Of a DNA stretch of 64,000 nt, positions 18,986-29,300 are shown one piece after another. Below the pieces are notes generated by a model. It was not told the origin of the DNA. It worked only from the letters and a program-made list of their open reading frames with translations, and searched no databases. Source of the stretch: Candidatus Poribacteria bacterium (GTDB taxonomy: Bacteria; Poribacteria; WGA-4E; WGA-3G); NCBI GenBank assembly GCA_965205015.1, contig OZ242029.1, positions 5,440,001 through 5,504,000 of the forward strand, written 5' to 3'. Position 1 is the stretch's first letter. Each line of letters opens with the position of its first letter. Position numbers and translations under genes: made by a program.

Positions 18986-20464
18986 TTACGGAAGCACGTC
19001 GTCAAGGAATGCATCCAAGTCGTCTTTCATCTTACGCAATTCCGCTTGGTCAATATACATCATGTGCCCCGCCTGATAGTAAGTCATTGTGATGTTATCT
19101 TGCAGAGATTCATCGAGTCCCAAGTGGCTGAAGGTATACTCCGATGCCAGAAACGGCGTTGCCAAGTCGTAATAGCCGTTGGCAACAAAAACTTTCAAGG
19201 CGGGATTGATCGTCATCGCCGCGCGAAGTGTATCTGCGACATTGACGTATTCGTTCTGATGGTCGCTGTAGTCCCACGGGTGCACACGTCGGCTCAGGAT
19301 TTCATACGGCAGGTCAGACACAAATTCCAGTTCATCTCGGACATAAGCGTTGAGAGCGGCGGTATACGCCCCTTGCACGACTGCGGAACTCGGATCGTAT
19401 TCGTAATTTTCACCCGCTGAATCGCGATCAATTCCCTTGTATCGGCTATCAAAACGCCCAACCGTGCGTCCTTCATCTCGGAGCAACTCTTTGCAAAACC
19501 GCATAATGTTAATCCGTAAGTCGGTTCGCTCGATATATTCCGGTGTAAGTCCAGTATACTTGGCGAGTTGTTGAACGATATTGGCACGCTGCGCTGGCGG
19601 CACAGTACTGCCCTGCATCAAAGCGAGGGTGTAATCCCCCATCGCGAACGCCCTCACCTCATCCATAAACGCTTCAAATTGGGTATCAATTTCGTCTAAT
19701 TTGTCATGATAACGTGCGGTCGCCGCATAGGTAGGTAGATAGAGGATATAGGGGAGGTCGTTGCCCGGTGCGAAGCGAATCGTCTGGAAGTTAAGCACGA
19801 CTGAAACGAGCATGATGGCGTTGAGATAGGCACCGTGCCGTCCCTGAAGATACCCTGCCAGTCCACCTGCTCGTGTTGTTCCATAACTTTCACCGATGAG
19901 GAGCTTGGGCGATCCCCAGCGTTTGTAGCGTCCCAGATAGAGGAGAATAAAATCGCCAACCGATTCAATATCTCGTTTGAAGCCGTGGAACTGTTTCGCC
20001 TCTTCACCGAGGACGGCTCTGCTGAACCCAGTGCTGACAGGATCGATAAAAACGAGATCCGTTTTGTCTAAAATAGAACACTCGTTATTGCTCAATTGAT
20101 ACGGCGGGTGTGGCAATTCTCCATCTTCGTCAGGTTTGACACACCGCGGTCCCAAGACACCTAAATGTAACCACACCGATGAAGATCCGGGTCCCCCGTT
20201 GAAAGAGAACGTTATCGGACGTTTGGATGTATCTTCCACATCATCACGAGTATAGGCAACAAAGAAAACGGAGGCTTTCGGCTTCTCACCCTCCGTGTCG
20301 ATCTCCTCTTTCAGGACGAGCGTCCCTGCCGTGGCAGTGTAACGGACCTCTTCACCATTGATGGTAACGCTGTGATGGGTAACCGAGAGTTTATCTTCAG
20401 GTATCTCGGAATTTTCTTCCTCATCTTTCATCTCTTCAGATTCTTTTTTTCCTTCTTGGCTCAT
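18986..20464 (-). CDS. Peptidase S10 serine carboxypeptidase
   Basis: FNGGPGSSS, IDPVSTGFS, GESYGT, GYYDLATP, AGHMMY. Confidence 0.95.
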   Translation of the reverse strand: MSQEGKKESEEMKDEEENSEIPEDKLSVTHHSVTINGEEVRYTATAGTLVLKEEIDTEGEKPKASVFFVAYTRDDVEDTSKRPITFSFNGGPGSSSVWLHLGVLGPRCVKPDEDGELPHPPYQLSNNECSILDKTDLVFIDPVSTGFSRAVLGEEAKQFHGFKRDIESVGDFILLYLGRYKRWGSPKLLIGESYGTTRAGGLAGYLQGRHGAYLNAIMLVSVVLNFQTIRFAPGNDLPYILYLPTYAATARYHDKLDEIDTQFEAFMDEVRAFAMGDYTLALMQGSTVPPAQRANIVQQLAKYTGLTPEYIERTDLRINIMRFCKELLRDEGRTVGRFDSRYKGIDRDSAGENYEYDPSSAVVQGAYTAALNAYVRDELEFVSDLPYEILSRRVHPWDYSDHQNEYVNVADTLRAAMTINPALKVFVANGYYDLATPFLASEYTFSHLGLDESLQDNITMTYYQAGHMMYIDQAELRKMKDDLDAFLDDVLP

Positions 20465-20616
20465 AGTGCATTCCTTTCTCTGTTTACGAATAGGATCTAT
20501 GCGAATTGTCTTGACGGGTCAGGGCATTTATAGGAAATTACGGCATGTGAATCTTGCGGAATCATTATAGCACATTTCGTAAAAACGGGTGTCATAAAAA
20601 TCCCCTTTTAAAGTAG

Positions 20617-20757
20617 TCGTACTACGCGGAACGCAAAGTTTGGCATCAATTCTCTATGCAGATGCTTGCCTGTGCATACGGAGAAGATGAACCTGAATAC
20701 ACAACAGACATGCTTAAATGGGTAAATCCGGACTATGATCGCTTAAGGTCTCTTTAA
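20617..20757 (+). pseudogene. Probable 5'-truncated remnant of a small antitoxin-like gene
   Basis: Manual translation ...ERKVWHQFSMQMLACAYGEDEPEYTTDMLKWVNPDYDRLRSL*; in-frame TAG at 20614-20616. Confidence 0.5.
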
Positions 20758-20894
20758 TTCCGCTGCGCTTATCCCCAAAACTTGCTATCATATCCACATG
20801 CCACACCTCACTCTTAAGCCCAACCACAAAACGACCTGAGACTACTACGCCACACTGCAGTTCTGAAATGTCCACATCAAGATACGTAAAGAAT

Positions 20895-20922
20895 TTGACA
20901 TAATCCCAAAATGTGCTAAACT
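20895..20922 (+). promoter_or_regulatory. Sigma70-type promoter
   Basis: TTGACA-N16-TAAACT with TGn extension; AAGGAG RBS then ATG at 20943. Confidence 0.65.
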
Positions 20923-20942
20923 CTACACAAAGGAGACACACA

Positions 20943-21998
20943 ATGCAAAAACCGATCCGATTAGGACTGATTGGCTGTGGCGGTATTGTGCAAATTACGC
21001 ATGCCCGTGCCTATCGTTCCCTCACAGATACCGTTCAAGTAACCGCACTCGCAGATGTCGTCCCCGAAAACTTGCAAAAAATTGGCGATCTGTTCAACAT
21101 ACCCACAGAAAACCGATACACAGATTATCGCGAGATGCTGGAACGCGTAGCACTCGATGTCGTGACGATTGCCACACCGCACTCACTCCACGCTGAACAG
21201 GTTATAGAAGCGGCAAGCGCAGGTGTTGCCATTATCTCTGAAAAACCGATGGCGACAACGTTAAACGAGGCGGATAGAATTCTGGAGGCGGTCCGCCGCA
21301 ACGGTGTGCCTTACACGGTGGTGCATAACTATATTTTCACAGCAGGGATGCGAGCGGCACTGACGGAACTGGACGCCCTCGGTGCCTCCCATTTCGGACG
21401 CAGCGTCGGTATGGGACTGAAACCGACAGATTTCTCGGCTGACCACCCAACGCCAGCGTTCGCATGGCGTGCCAGCAAAGCAAAAGGCGGTGGCTGTATC
21501 ATCGACACGAGTTATCACGAAATCTACGCCGTCTGCACGCTGATGCGATCCCCAGTGCGTTATGTTGAAGCACGCGTGAAAACGATGCAGCTTGACATTG
21601 ATGTTGATGACCTGGCGATGCTACTGTGCGAACATGAAAACGGGGCTGTCACGACGGTTTCAGGGGCGTGGTGTGTACCCGGTACAGATTCGGGTTGGTG
21701 TGAGATGCATGCTGCAAATGGGTCTCTACGCGTCCAGCATCGCCATAACGTCTCAAACGCGCTCCGTCGCTTTACGAGAACAGATGGATGGCAGCAGTTG
21801 GAACTCGCTGGATTTGACGAAGCGGAGCAGCAGGATGCCAGTGGACACGTCCGATACTTCACGGAGACCTTCAACGCACTTGCTGCGGATACAGCACTAC
21901 CGGTCCCCGCAGAGAAGGCGTATCACAACCTCGCGATTATCGAAGCCGCACGCAAAGCGACAACGGAACGCCGCGCTATTGAAATACAGGCACCGTAG
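20943..21998 (+). CDS. Gfo/Idh/MocA oxidoreductase
   Basis: GLIGCGGI, ATPHSLH, SEKPMA, GGGCIIDTSYH. Confidence 0.92.
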   Translation: MQKPIRLGLIGCGGIVQITHARAYRSLTDTVQVTALADVVPENLQKIGDLFNIPTENRYTDYREMLERVALDVVTIATPHSLHAEQVIEAASAGVAIISEKPMATTLNEADRILEAVRRNGVPYTVVHNYIFTAGMRAALTELDALGASHFGRSVGMGLKPTDFSADHPTPAFAWRASKAKGGGCIIDTSYHEIYAVCTLMRSPVRYVEARVKTMQLDIDVDDLAMLLCEHENGAVTTVSGAWCVPGTDSGWCEMHAANGSLRVQHRHNVSNALRRFTRTDGWQQLELAGFDEAEQQDASGHVRYFTETFNALAADTALPVPAEKAYHNLAIIEAARKATTERRAIEIQAP

Positions 21999-22008
21999 AG
22001 GAGTAGAA

Positions 22009-22440
22009 ATGAAAAGAGGTCTGCTATTTCACGTTTTGATCGTCCTGATGTTCGGACTCGGTTTAAATGTTCCGATGAACTGCTTCGCGCAGCAAAACAG
22101 GGGCGTCCTCAATGCCAAATCGGACGCTGAATTTGATGCCGAAGAGGATATAAATACGACAGTGTGGCTCGCCGCTGGAGGGCTCTTAGGCGTGGCGGGT
22201 AACCTTCCGCTCGGTGTTGTTGCTATCGGTGGGGCTTATGTCTACCAGCCTATCCCACCTGCTGAGCGACTTCTCGGCAAACCCGCGGAATATGTCAGTA
22301 TCTATACGGATGCCTACAAAGCGCGCGCGCGAAGGCTCCAATTGGGTGCCGCTGCAAAAGGCGCACTCGGTGGGTCGGCTGCGTTCTGCTTATTAGGGGT
22401 GCTTAAGATAAAGCCGTGGGCAGACTTCGTTTTCTGGTAG
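22009..22440 (+). CDS. Hypothetical exported/membrane protein
   Basis: GAGGAG RBS, MKRGLLFHVLIVLMFG signal, hydrophobic segments. Confidence 0.7.
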   Translation: MKRGLLFHVLIVLMFGLGLNVPMNCFAQQNRGVLNAKSDAEFDAEEDINTTVWLAAGGLLGVAGNLPLGVVAIGGAYVYQPIPPAERLLGKPAEYVSIYTDAYKARARRLQLGAAAKGALGGSAAFCLLGVLKIKPWADFVFW

Positions 22441-22446
22441 CACAGC

Positions 22447-22472
22447 GGGGCAGGCACAAGACCTGCCCCGAC
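22447..22472. repeat. Solo REP-like hairpin between convergent genes
   Basis: GGGGCAGG-CACAAGA-CCTGCCCC. Confidence 0.8.
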
Positions 22473-22486
22473 GGGTGTTGCAGGTA

Positions 22487-23608
22487 TTATGCACGTAAGA
22501 GGTGCCGCAACGCGTTTGCGATAATATCCTCTTCTCCTGCGTTCAGGGTGTAGGCATTAATCACAATGGTTTCTTTACCGTGCGTGTTCACCTTGATACG
22601 CGGGGTCCCTGCATCCAATTCGTGTGCGACCTGCGCAGCATCCTTGCCACTAACGGCAGTATCAAACGTAACATGTAGATTCGACAGGGTATGACTTTTC
22701 TCTTGGTAATGAACGCCACACGATACCCCATCGAGATTTTCAAGCCCCTGTGCGAGGACGGCGTATCTCCCATCCTGCTCCTTTGACCGCGCTTTGTGGT
22801 CCGTTGATAACCAAATATCGATAGCCGTCACCAACCCGATAATCTCCTGCCGATCTACTTTCATACCGCGTCCAACGGGTTTCGGTCCAATGAAACCGTG
22901 TGTCCGGACTGTTTCAATGAGATCCTTTCTGCCACAGATGAACCCTGTAGAGTGTGGGGCGTTGAAATACTTACCGCCGAAGCAGACGAGATCCGCAGAT
23001 TGGGCGTTCCGCCGGAAGTAATCAAGCGGATGGATTTGAGCGGCAGCATCCGCAATCAAGGGTAGATTGTGTGCGTGCGCAATCTCAATCGCTGTCTCCA
23101 ACGGGACGGCGTTGCCCTGATTCGGTTGGATGAGATACGCGACGGCGGCTGTGTTCTCGCCGATAGCATCCTTCAACGCCACCTCGCTGCAGCCGTTTTC
23201 GTCACCCACAGATATAAGTTTACTCCCCGGCACTGTAAACGCACGGTCATAGCCGTAGTGCTGTATCCGCTGAAAAACGATTTCGTCCTTGAGTCCCGTA
23301 GTATCTGGAAGTTGTGCGCATTTGTCAGGGTCGTTTCCGGTCATAACCGCTGCGGATGCCAAGACGAGTGCGGCATAACATCCAGCAGTGACATACGCGT
23401 CTTCAACCCCTAACCGCTCAGCGATAAACTGTCCCGATTTTTCGAGCAATTCTTCCATTTCGACGTAACTTTCATCCGCTTGACGCATCGCGTCCCTGAC
23501 GGTTGCCGAAGGTGTGGAGCCGCCTCGGACAGTCTGGTTGCCTGTCGCATTAATGACGGGTCGTGTGCCGAGTTTTTTGTAGATGTTTCCCCAACCTGTA
23601 TTCGCCAT
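22487..23608 (-). CDS. SelA-like PLP-dependent enzyme (DgaE-related)
   Basis: RPVINATG..T..GGS, IADAAA, FGGKY, VGRGMKVDRQEIIGL. Confidence 0.85.
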   Translation of the reverse strand: MANTGWGNIYKKLGTRPVINATGNQTVRGGSTPSATVRDAMRQADESYVEMEELLEKSGQFIAERLGVEDAYVTAGCYAALVLASAAVMTGNDPDKCAQLPDTTGLKDEIVFQRIQHYGYDRAFTVPGSKLISVGDENGCSEVALKDAIGENTAAVAYLIQPNQGNAVPLETAIEIAHAHNLPLIADAAAQIHPLDYFRRNAQSADLVCFGGKYFNAPHSTGFICGRKDLIETVRTHGFIGPKPVGRGMKVDRQEIIGLVTAIDIWLSTDHKARSKEQDGRYAVLAQGLENLDGVSCGVHYQEKSHTLSNLHVTFDTAVSGKDAAQVAHELDAGTPRIKVNTHGKETIVINAYTLNAGEEDIIANALRHLLRA

Positions 23609-23737
23609 GAGTAGCCTCCTTGCGTAAGGTTTCTCGATAACTCAAATGAGAAAGCGTTAACGGTTTCGGATATTAATCTAAACTCACTCTAATAGGAAAC
23701 GCAGGATTTGTCAATGAAGTTTCTTTTCTGTCGAGGC

Positions 23738-24691
23738 TTAGAGGATCGTCAATTCGTCTTCTTCGCCACTTTCCTCGAGAACCGTCGCTAATTCCGCCGC
23801 GACCGCGCCGAACGCTTCGGATTGCGGGGACTCTGGATGCCCGGCGACAATCGGCACGCCGATGTCACCCGCAGTGCAGACTTCAGCATCAAGTGGGATT
23901 TGCCCCAAGAACGCAACACCGAAGCGTTCGCTCGTGTTTTTACCACCATCCGCTCTAAAGATTTCTGTCTTTTCATTGCAGTGCGGACAGAGAAAGTAAC
24001 TCATGTTTTCAATAATGCCGAGGATGGGGACACCGAGACGTTCAAACATGGCAACACCGCGTCGGACATCGGCGAGGGCGACATCTTGTGGAGTTGTAAC
24101 AATGAGCGCGCCAGTTAGAGGAAGTGCCTGCGTTAGAGACAGGGCGACATCACCCGTCCCGGGTGGCAAGTCAATGATGAGATAATCGAGTTCACCCCAA
24201 TCTACATCACTGAGAAGTTGGCGGATGGCACCGTGTAACATCGGTCCACGCCAGATCATTGCCTGTTCTTCTGGCACCATAAACCCAATCGACATGAGTT
24301 TAATGTCATGTCGAACGAGCGGAATAATTTTACGTTCCGGGCTGGTTTTAGGCTGTTCTTGAATACCCATCATTGTTGGGATACTGGGACCGTAGGCATC
24401 TGCATCCAGCAGCCCGACTGTTGCCCCTGCAGTTGCCAAGGAGATCGCGAGATTGGTAGCGACAGTAGATTTTCCGACACCCCCCTTTCCACTGGCAACC
24501 GCGATTTTATACTTGATATTCGGCAATGTAATGTTTTGTTGTTGTTGCTGGGGTTGGGGAGCTGCCGGTCGTTGGGGTTGCCGCCCCGAAATTTGTGACC
24601 CCGTAATTACCTTCAAGTCGGGGTGCGCTTTCGTCGCGGTATCTGACGCGGATTGCGGCGTTTTTTTGCCACCTTTTTTTAGAAATCTCAT
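23738..24691 (-). CDS. apbC: Mrp/NBP35 (ApbC) Fe-S cluster carrier ATPase
   Basis: SGKGGVGKST, DADAYGPS, WRGPM, DLPPGTGD, ENMSYFLCPHC. Confidence 0.93.
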   Translation of the reverse strand: MRFLKKGGKKTPQSASDTATKAHPDLKVITGSQISGRQPQRPAAPQPQQQQQNITLPNIKYKIAVASGKGGVGKSTVATNLAISLATAGATVGLLDADAYGPSIPTMMGIQEQPKTSPERKIIPLVRHDIKLMSIGFMVPEEQAMIWRGPMLHGAIRQLLSDVDWGELDYLIIDLPPGTGDVALSLTQALPLTGALIVTTPQDVALADVRRGVAMFERLGVPILGIIENMSYFLCPHCNEKTEIFRADGGKNTSERFGVAFLGQIPLDAEVCTAGDIGVPIVAGHPESPQSEAFGAVAAELATVLEESGEEDELTIL

Positions 24692-24962
24692 TTCGCTCTC
24701 CTATAGTTTTGTTTATTGGGTACCCAGAAAGTGTTGGACAATGTCAATAATAACGTACTACATAGTGGAACGTCAATACTGCTTTATGTGACGCTGTAAC
24801 TGAAAATAGTTTAACATTTTTTCTGGTAATTTTGTATAATACATATACGAAAAAAAGCGCGTGATCGATAAATTTCCTAAATTCAACCCGGAAACCAGAG
24901 AATTGTCAATCCAATTAAATTGTCATGAATCTCGCGCGTTGCCCTACTGTAAAGGAGTTTTT

Positions 24963-25628
24963 ATGAACATTTTGATGTTACGCCATTCCGCTGGCTTCGA
25001 GCACACATATTTACCCGATGCAGAAGTCACACTGAAACAGATTGGTGCAGCAAACGGTTGGAACGTCACCACAACACATCGATGCGACCGGATTACCGCT
25101 GAAAACCTTGAAAACCAAGACATCCTCGCCTTCGCCACAACAGGTAACCTTCCATTTGATGACGCTCAAAAAGAGGCACTGTTGCGTTTCGTCCGGAATG
25201 GCAAAGCATTCTTTGGTATCCACAACGCGACGGATACCTGCTACGACTGGCCCGAATACGGTGAGATGCTCGGTGGTTATTTCGCGGGACACCCGTGGCA
25301 TGAAGAAGTAAACGTGATTGTGGAAGATGGAAACCATCCGGCAACCCGTATGCTCGGTAGCAACTTCAAGGTGGTCGACGAAATTTATACGTTCAAAGAT
25401 TGGGATCGCTCCAAAACACGGGTCCTGATGCGTTTGGACAACGATTCCATTGACCTCTCTCGCGGTAACCGTGAGGACCACGATTACGCACTCGGTTGGT
25501 GCCATACCTACGGAAAAGGGCGCGTGATGTATACGGCCCTCGGACACCCGGATGCCCTTTGGCGTGAAAAATGGTTCCAAGAGCACATCATAGGATGCCT
25601 CAAATGGGCGGGTGGACTGGAAGATTAA
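24963..25628 (+). CDS. ThuA domain protein
   Basis: GFEH, GIHNATD, GGYFAGHP, DEIY, GKGRVMYTALGH. Confidence 0.9.
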   Translation: MNILMLRHSAGFEHTYLPDAEVTLKQIGAANGWNVTTTHRCDRITAENLENQDILAFATTGNLPFDDAQKEALLRFVRNGKAFFGIHNATDTCYDWPEYGEMLGGYFAGHPWHEEVNVIVEDGNHPATRMLGSNFKVVDEIYTFKDWDRSKTRVLMRLDNDSIDLSRGNREDHDYALGWCHTYGKGRVMYTALGHPDALWREKWFQEHIIGCLKWAGGLED

Positions 25629-25641
25629 TAAAAAGTATAGA

Positions 25642-25672
25642 AGGTAGGCGCGCTGTGTTAGCGCGCCTACCT
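25642..25672. terminator. Hairpin between convergent genes
   Basis: AGGTAGGCGCGCT-GTGTT-AGCGCGCCTACCT, perfect 13-bp stem. Confidence 0.7.
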
Positions 25673-25682
25673 AATTTCGAGG

Positions 25683-26684
25683 TCAACTCGCTATAACGCC
25701 TGTGGCTCGTAGAAGCGTTTCCTGTACCAACAGTTCGTGTGATATCGGACGATCCGGCGGCTGCGTTCCCGCAAGGGTCGCTAAAAACGCATCGAGTTCA
25801 AGTTCATAGGTGCGTTGACGACTCTCGCCATCTATCTCAACAATTTGCTCACCTTGCGAATATCCGTCCTTCGCTGCCTCTAAACAGAGCCGAATATTCA
25901 ATCCCGGTTCAAAAGGTTCAACGATGATGGCACTCCCCTTGCTCCCATAAACTTCAAATCGACGCGCAACGGGTCTCGGTTCCAAAGCGGAAATCGAGAT
26001 GAATGCCATCGCTTTTTCAAATTCGTACACAGTCAGGGTATTATCTTTGAAAGGTTCAAGGGACCCCCCATCGTTTCGGAGGAAAGCGGTTACCTTTTCC
26101 GGGCGCCCGAGGAGCCAAAGCACTTGGTCGAGGACATGGCCACCCAGATCAAAAAAGATACCGCCGATGTGTTGGCTGATACGTGCGCGGGACTCGTGCG
26201 GAATATTGGTTGACATGTGTGCGCGAACGGAAAAAACATCCCCTAAAAAGCCAGATTTCACCCACTCCGCGACCTGTTTAAAGGCGGAGTGATACCGCAA
26301 CATATAGCCCATCTGTACGTGTAGGGATTTTTCTTGGACGGTATTAATGACGCGCTGCCACTGCTCCCAGTTCTCACCAGCGGGTTTGTCGTACCAGACG
26401 TGTTTGCCAGCGTTTACGATCTGCTCGGTCTGATCCAAACTTTCGGCGTTGTTGCCTTCAGAAGCCACCGCAACAATAGTAGCGTCGTCCAACATTTCTG
26501 CCGCATCCGCAAACCAGTGAACATCGGCAAACGCTCCTTCGCCAGCTTGAAGTTTTTCGCGTTGTTCCGTGTCGGGTTCAAATACACCTGCGACCTCGAC
26601 ATCAGGATTGACAAGCATCGCCTGCAGTTTCCCGCGTGCGTGTCCATGTTTCGTTCCGTATTGTGCCATCCGTATTTTCGCCAT
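25683..26684 (-). CDS. Gfo/Idh/MocA oxidoreductase
   Basis: HVWYDKP, GYMLRY, GGIFFDLGGH. Confidence 0.88.
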   Translation of the reverse strand: MAKIRMAQYGTKHGHARGKLQAMLVNPDVEVAGVFEPDTEQREKLQAGEGAFADVHWFADAAEMLDDATIVAVASEGNNAESLDQTEQIVNAGKHVWYDKPAGENWEQWQRVINTVQEKSLHVQMGYMLRYHSAFKQVAEWVKSGFLGDVFSVRAHMSTNIPHESRARISQHIGGIFFDLGGHVLDQVLWLLGRPEKVTAFLRNDGGSLEPFKDNTLTVYEFEKAMAFISISALEPRPVARRFEVYGSKGSAIIVEPFEPGLNIRLCLEAAKDGYSQGEQIVEIDGESRQRTYELELDAFLATLAGTQPPDRPISHELLVQETLLRATGVIAS

Positions 26685-26730
26685 CGTTCATCTCCAGAAT
26701 CTGAAATTTGCAACGTAGTGCTATCTGGTT

Positions 26731-26758
26731 ATTATACGAACTCGAGATCAAATGTCAA
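26731..26758 (-). promoter_or_regulatory. Sigma70-type promoter (leftward)
   Basis: TTGACA-N16-TATAAT on minus strand. Confidence 0.7.
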
Positions 26759-26780
26759 GGAATATTTTTTCAAGCAAAAT

Positions 26781-26809
26781 TTGACAAAAAAACATAACGC
26801 CTTTAGAAT
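26781..26809 (+). promoter_or_regulatory. Sigma70-type promoter (rightward)
   Basis: TTGACA-N17-TAGAAT. Confidence 0.7.
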
Positions 26810-26899
26810 AAGGAAGTCCGAAACACCAAAAACTTCGCTTCAAGAATGGAACATTAAAGTTCAAACCCACGTCATTTACCCGCAAGGAATAATTAAAAA

Positions 26900-27709
26900 A
26901 TGAAAATTGCAATATGCAACGAAATGTTTGAAAATTGGAAAATCGAAGATGTTTTCACCTACACCGCAGAACTCGGTTACGAGGCGGTCGAGATCGCACC
27001 GTTCACTTTAGCAGATTCGGTTTTAGACATCAGCGAGACGGAACGGACGCGTATCCGCAAGGCGGCAGAAAGCGCGAAGATAGAGATTGCGGGGCTTCAT
27101 TGGCTACTCGTCTCACCCCCCGGACTCTATATGAACCATCCAGATGCAGAGATTCGGAAAGAAACGCGGGATTATTTCCTCGCGCTGATTAACCTATGTG
27201 CCGACTTAGATGGCAAAGTAATGGTGATCGGTTCACCGCAACAACGAAATGTGATGGAACCGCTCTCGTTTGAAGAAGCGTGGGAATACGCGCGGGCGAC
27301 GTTCTCAGAAGGTGCTGAGCTGGCAGGCGAAAGAGACGTGATGTTATGCATGGAACCTCTGTCGAGCGATCAGACGAACTTCATCACGAATCCAGACAAA
27401 GCGGTCGAAATGGTGAAGGATGTCAATCACCCGAACTTCCAGATGATTTTGGATGTGTGTAGCACTGCGAAAGAGGGACTGGATATGCCGACACAGATCC
27501 GTAATCATGCCCCACACGTTGCGCATTTCCATTCCAACGACGATAACGGCTATCTGCCGGGTTCTGGTACTGTAGATTACCCACCGATCATTGAAGCCTT
27601 GAAAGAAATTAATTACAGGGGCTACGTCTCGACAGAGGTTTTCGACTTCAATCCGGATCCGCAAACGATCGCGAAACAGAGTATCGAATTCGTGAAGTCG
27701 CTGCTATAG
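26900..27709 (+). CDS. Sugar phosphate isomerase/epimerase (ketose 3-epimerase-like TIM barrel)
   Basis: GYEAVEIAP, MEPL, LDV, HFHSND, PGSG, STEVF metal ligands. Confidence 0.88.
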   Translation: MKIAICNEMFENWKIEDVFTYTAELGYEAVEIAPFTLADSVLDISETERTRIRKAAESAKIEIAGLHWLLVSPPGLYMNHPDAEIRKETRDYFLALINLCADLDGKVMVIGSPQQRNVMEPLSFEEAWEYARATFSEGAELAGERDVMLCMEPLSSDQTNFITNPDKAVEMVKDVNHPNFQMILDVCSTAKEGLDMPTQIRNHAPHVAHFHSNDDNGYLPGSGTVDYPPIIEALKEINYRGYVSTEVFDFNPDPQTIAKQSIEFVKSLL

Positions 27710-27718
27710 GAGAAAACG

Positions 27719-29287
27719 ATGAACACCGTTATCCATGAATGCTACGAGGCGTATACCACGCTCAGAAACGAAATGGGACGATGGCTGAAACAGAGCATGC
27801 TCCTCGATCCACCAGGTCCCAACGACGGCGGCGAAGACGAGGCGAACTATGCGCTCGCATGGTTTCCACACCATTTAATCACGGGTGATGCGACCGTCCT
27901 ACAGCACTTTGATACACTGAAGAGGGCACTTCTGGGTTGGGTGAAACGTGATTGCGTTCACGGCTATGAACCAAAAGCGGAGGCACATCACGGACCGGAG
28001 CCGTTCCTCCTTTTCCTACCCCGTTACATCGGTCTCGTGCCGCAGGACACGGAAGCGACCTCGCTATTGACAGATGCAGCGGAACATATCGGGAATTGGG
28101 TACCAGAGATTCCACCTTGGTATGACTATGACCGCGATACGTTTATCGGGTACAATATCGGCAGCCGAGATGTGACAAACGATGAAAAGGACGCGTATGA
28201 ACTGGCGGAACACTTTCGATTCATCCACATCGCGATTGCAGCGTATCGGGTAACAGGCGAGAAACGCTATCTGACGTGGGCGTTGCGGTATGGCAGAAAA
28301 CGCGCCGAACGGCTTGTTGCGGCCCCGGACCCGATGCCGTTGCTGTGGACGCTCGACGGAGAGAGCCTTGACGAAGTCTCCGTCAATGAGAAGAATCTAC
28401 AACGACTCGTCGCAAGTACGCACCACATTCCAGGCGACCCGCTGGCTGGTATTGAGGTATTGTTGGCTTCTGGTGCCATCTATGCATTGGGCGACCTGTA
28501 TCTACTCTCTGGAGAAGAGATTTTCAAAACAGCGGCAAAGCGGATTGTTGAGCCGTTAGTGCCATCGTTGCGTGATCCGTATAACGACCCCGCGGCAGCG
28601 GCACTTAGCTACTACCGTTGGACTTTTGGGGATACTGGATTTGATGCGGAAATCCGTGCAGGATTAGCCGAACTCCGTGATGAACCGCCAGAACTGCTGG
28701 CGTTGATTTTCCCACAAGAGGCACGCCGTCGGGAACCCGGTGTCGGTAAACGCTCAGATATGGCATATTGGGGTGAATGGTCGGATGATGGATCTGTGAA
28801 ACCGATTCAGGAGCCCTCAACGGCGACCTTAACACTTGCCTATCAAGTCACAGGCGAGATCACTTACGCACTGCGTGCGTTACGGAGTGCAGCGACGCGT
28901 TTAAATATTGCAAGACGTGTACTACGCGGCGGCAGGGAACACGCCGATATGGGAGGCGCGGTGTGCTCAATTGCGGCGGGACATGGACGGAATTGGGGAC
29001 AAGGCGCGGTCACAGCATGCTACGGTCCTTTGCTTCTCGGTACGCGTGAAGTCCAAAGTGAAGTTACGCAACTTCTCGAAGTTCGACACGGCGACCAACA
29101 AAACCCCCCGCAGACGCTTCTCTCTTTGGTACGACCGATGCTCGGAACAGAAAAGAAAGCAGAGGTGGTCTTCTACAACGGCGGTGACACGCCGCTGACG
29201 TTCTCATGGCGATTGCGAACCGGTGAAGAGGCTGCATGGCAGACGACAACGCTTGATGTCAGTGAAATGAAACAGGGTTCACTCTAA
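27719..29287 (+). CDS. Hypothetical protein, possibly alpha/alpha-barrel carbohydrate-active enzyme
   Basis: 522-aa ORF with RBS, co-oriented after epimerase; AAYRVTGEKRYL, LYLLSGEEIF, AYQVTGEITY helical-toroid-like repeats. Confidence 0.65.
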   Translation: MNTVIHECYEAYTTLRNEMGRWLKQSMLLDPPGPNDGGEDEANYALAWFPHHLITGDATVLQHFDTLKRALLGWVKRDCVHGYEPKAEAHHGPEPFLLFLPRYIGLVPQDTEATSLLTDAAEHIGNWVPEIPPWYDYDRDTFIGYNIGSRDVTNDEKDAYELAEHFRFIHIAIAAYRVTGEKRYLTWALRYGRKRAERLVAAPDPMPLLWTLDGESLDEVSVNEKNLQRLVASTHHIPGDPLAGIEVLLASGAIYALGDLYLLSGEEIFKTAAKRIVEPLVPSLRDPYNDPAAAALSYYRWTFGDTGFDAEIRAGLAELRDEPPELLALIFPQEARRREPGVGKRSDMAYWGEWSDDGSVKPIQEPSTATLTLAYQVTGEITYALRALRSAATRLNIARRVLRGGREHADMGGAVCSIAAGHGRNWGQGAVTACYGPLLLGTREVQSEVTQLLEVRHGDQQNPPQTLLSLVRPMLGTEKKAEVVFYNGGDTPLTFSWRLRTGEEAAWQTTTLDVSEMKQGSL

Positions 29288-29300
29288 TTCCGTGAAGTTT

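Noticed and set aside
22487-23608. Selenocysteine synthase selA
   Set aside because: Short SelA-like/DgaE-type protein with no selB, selC or selD nearby; function not assignable.
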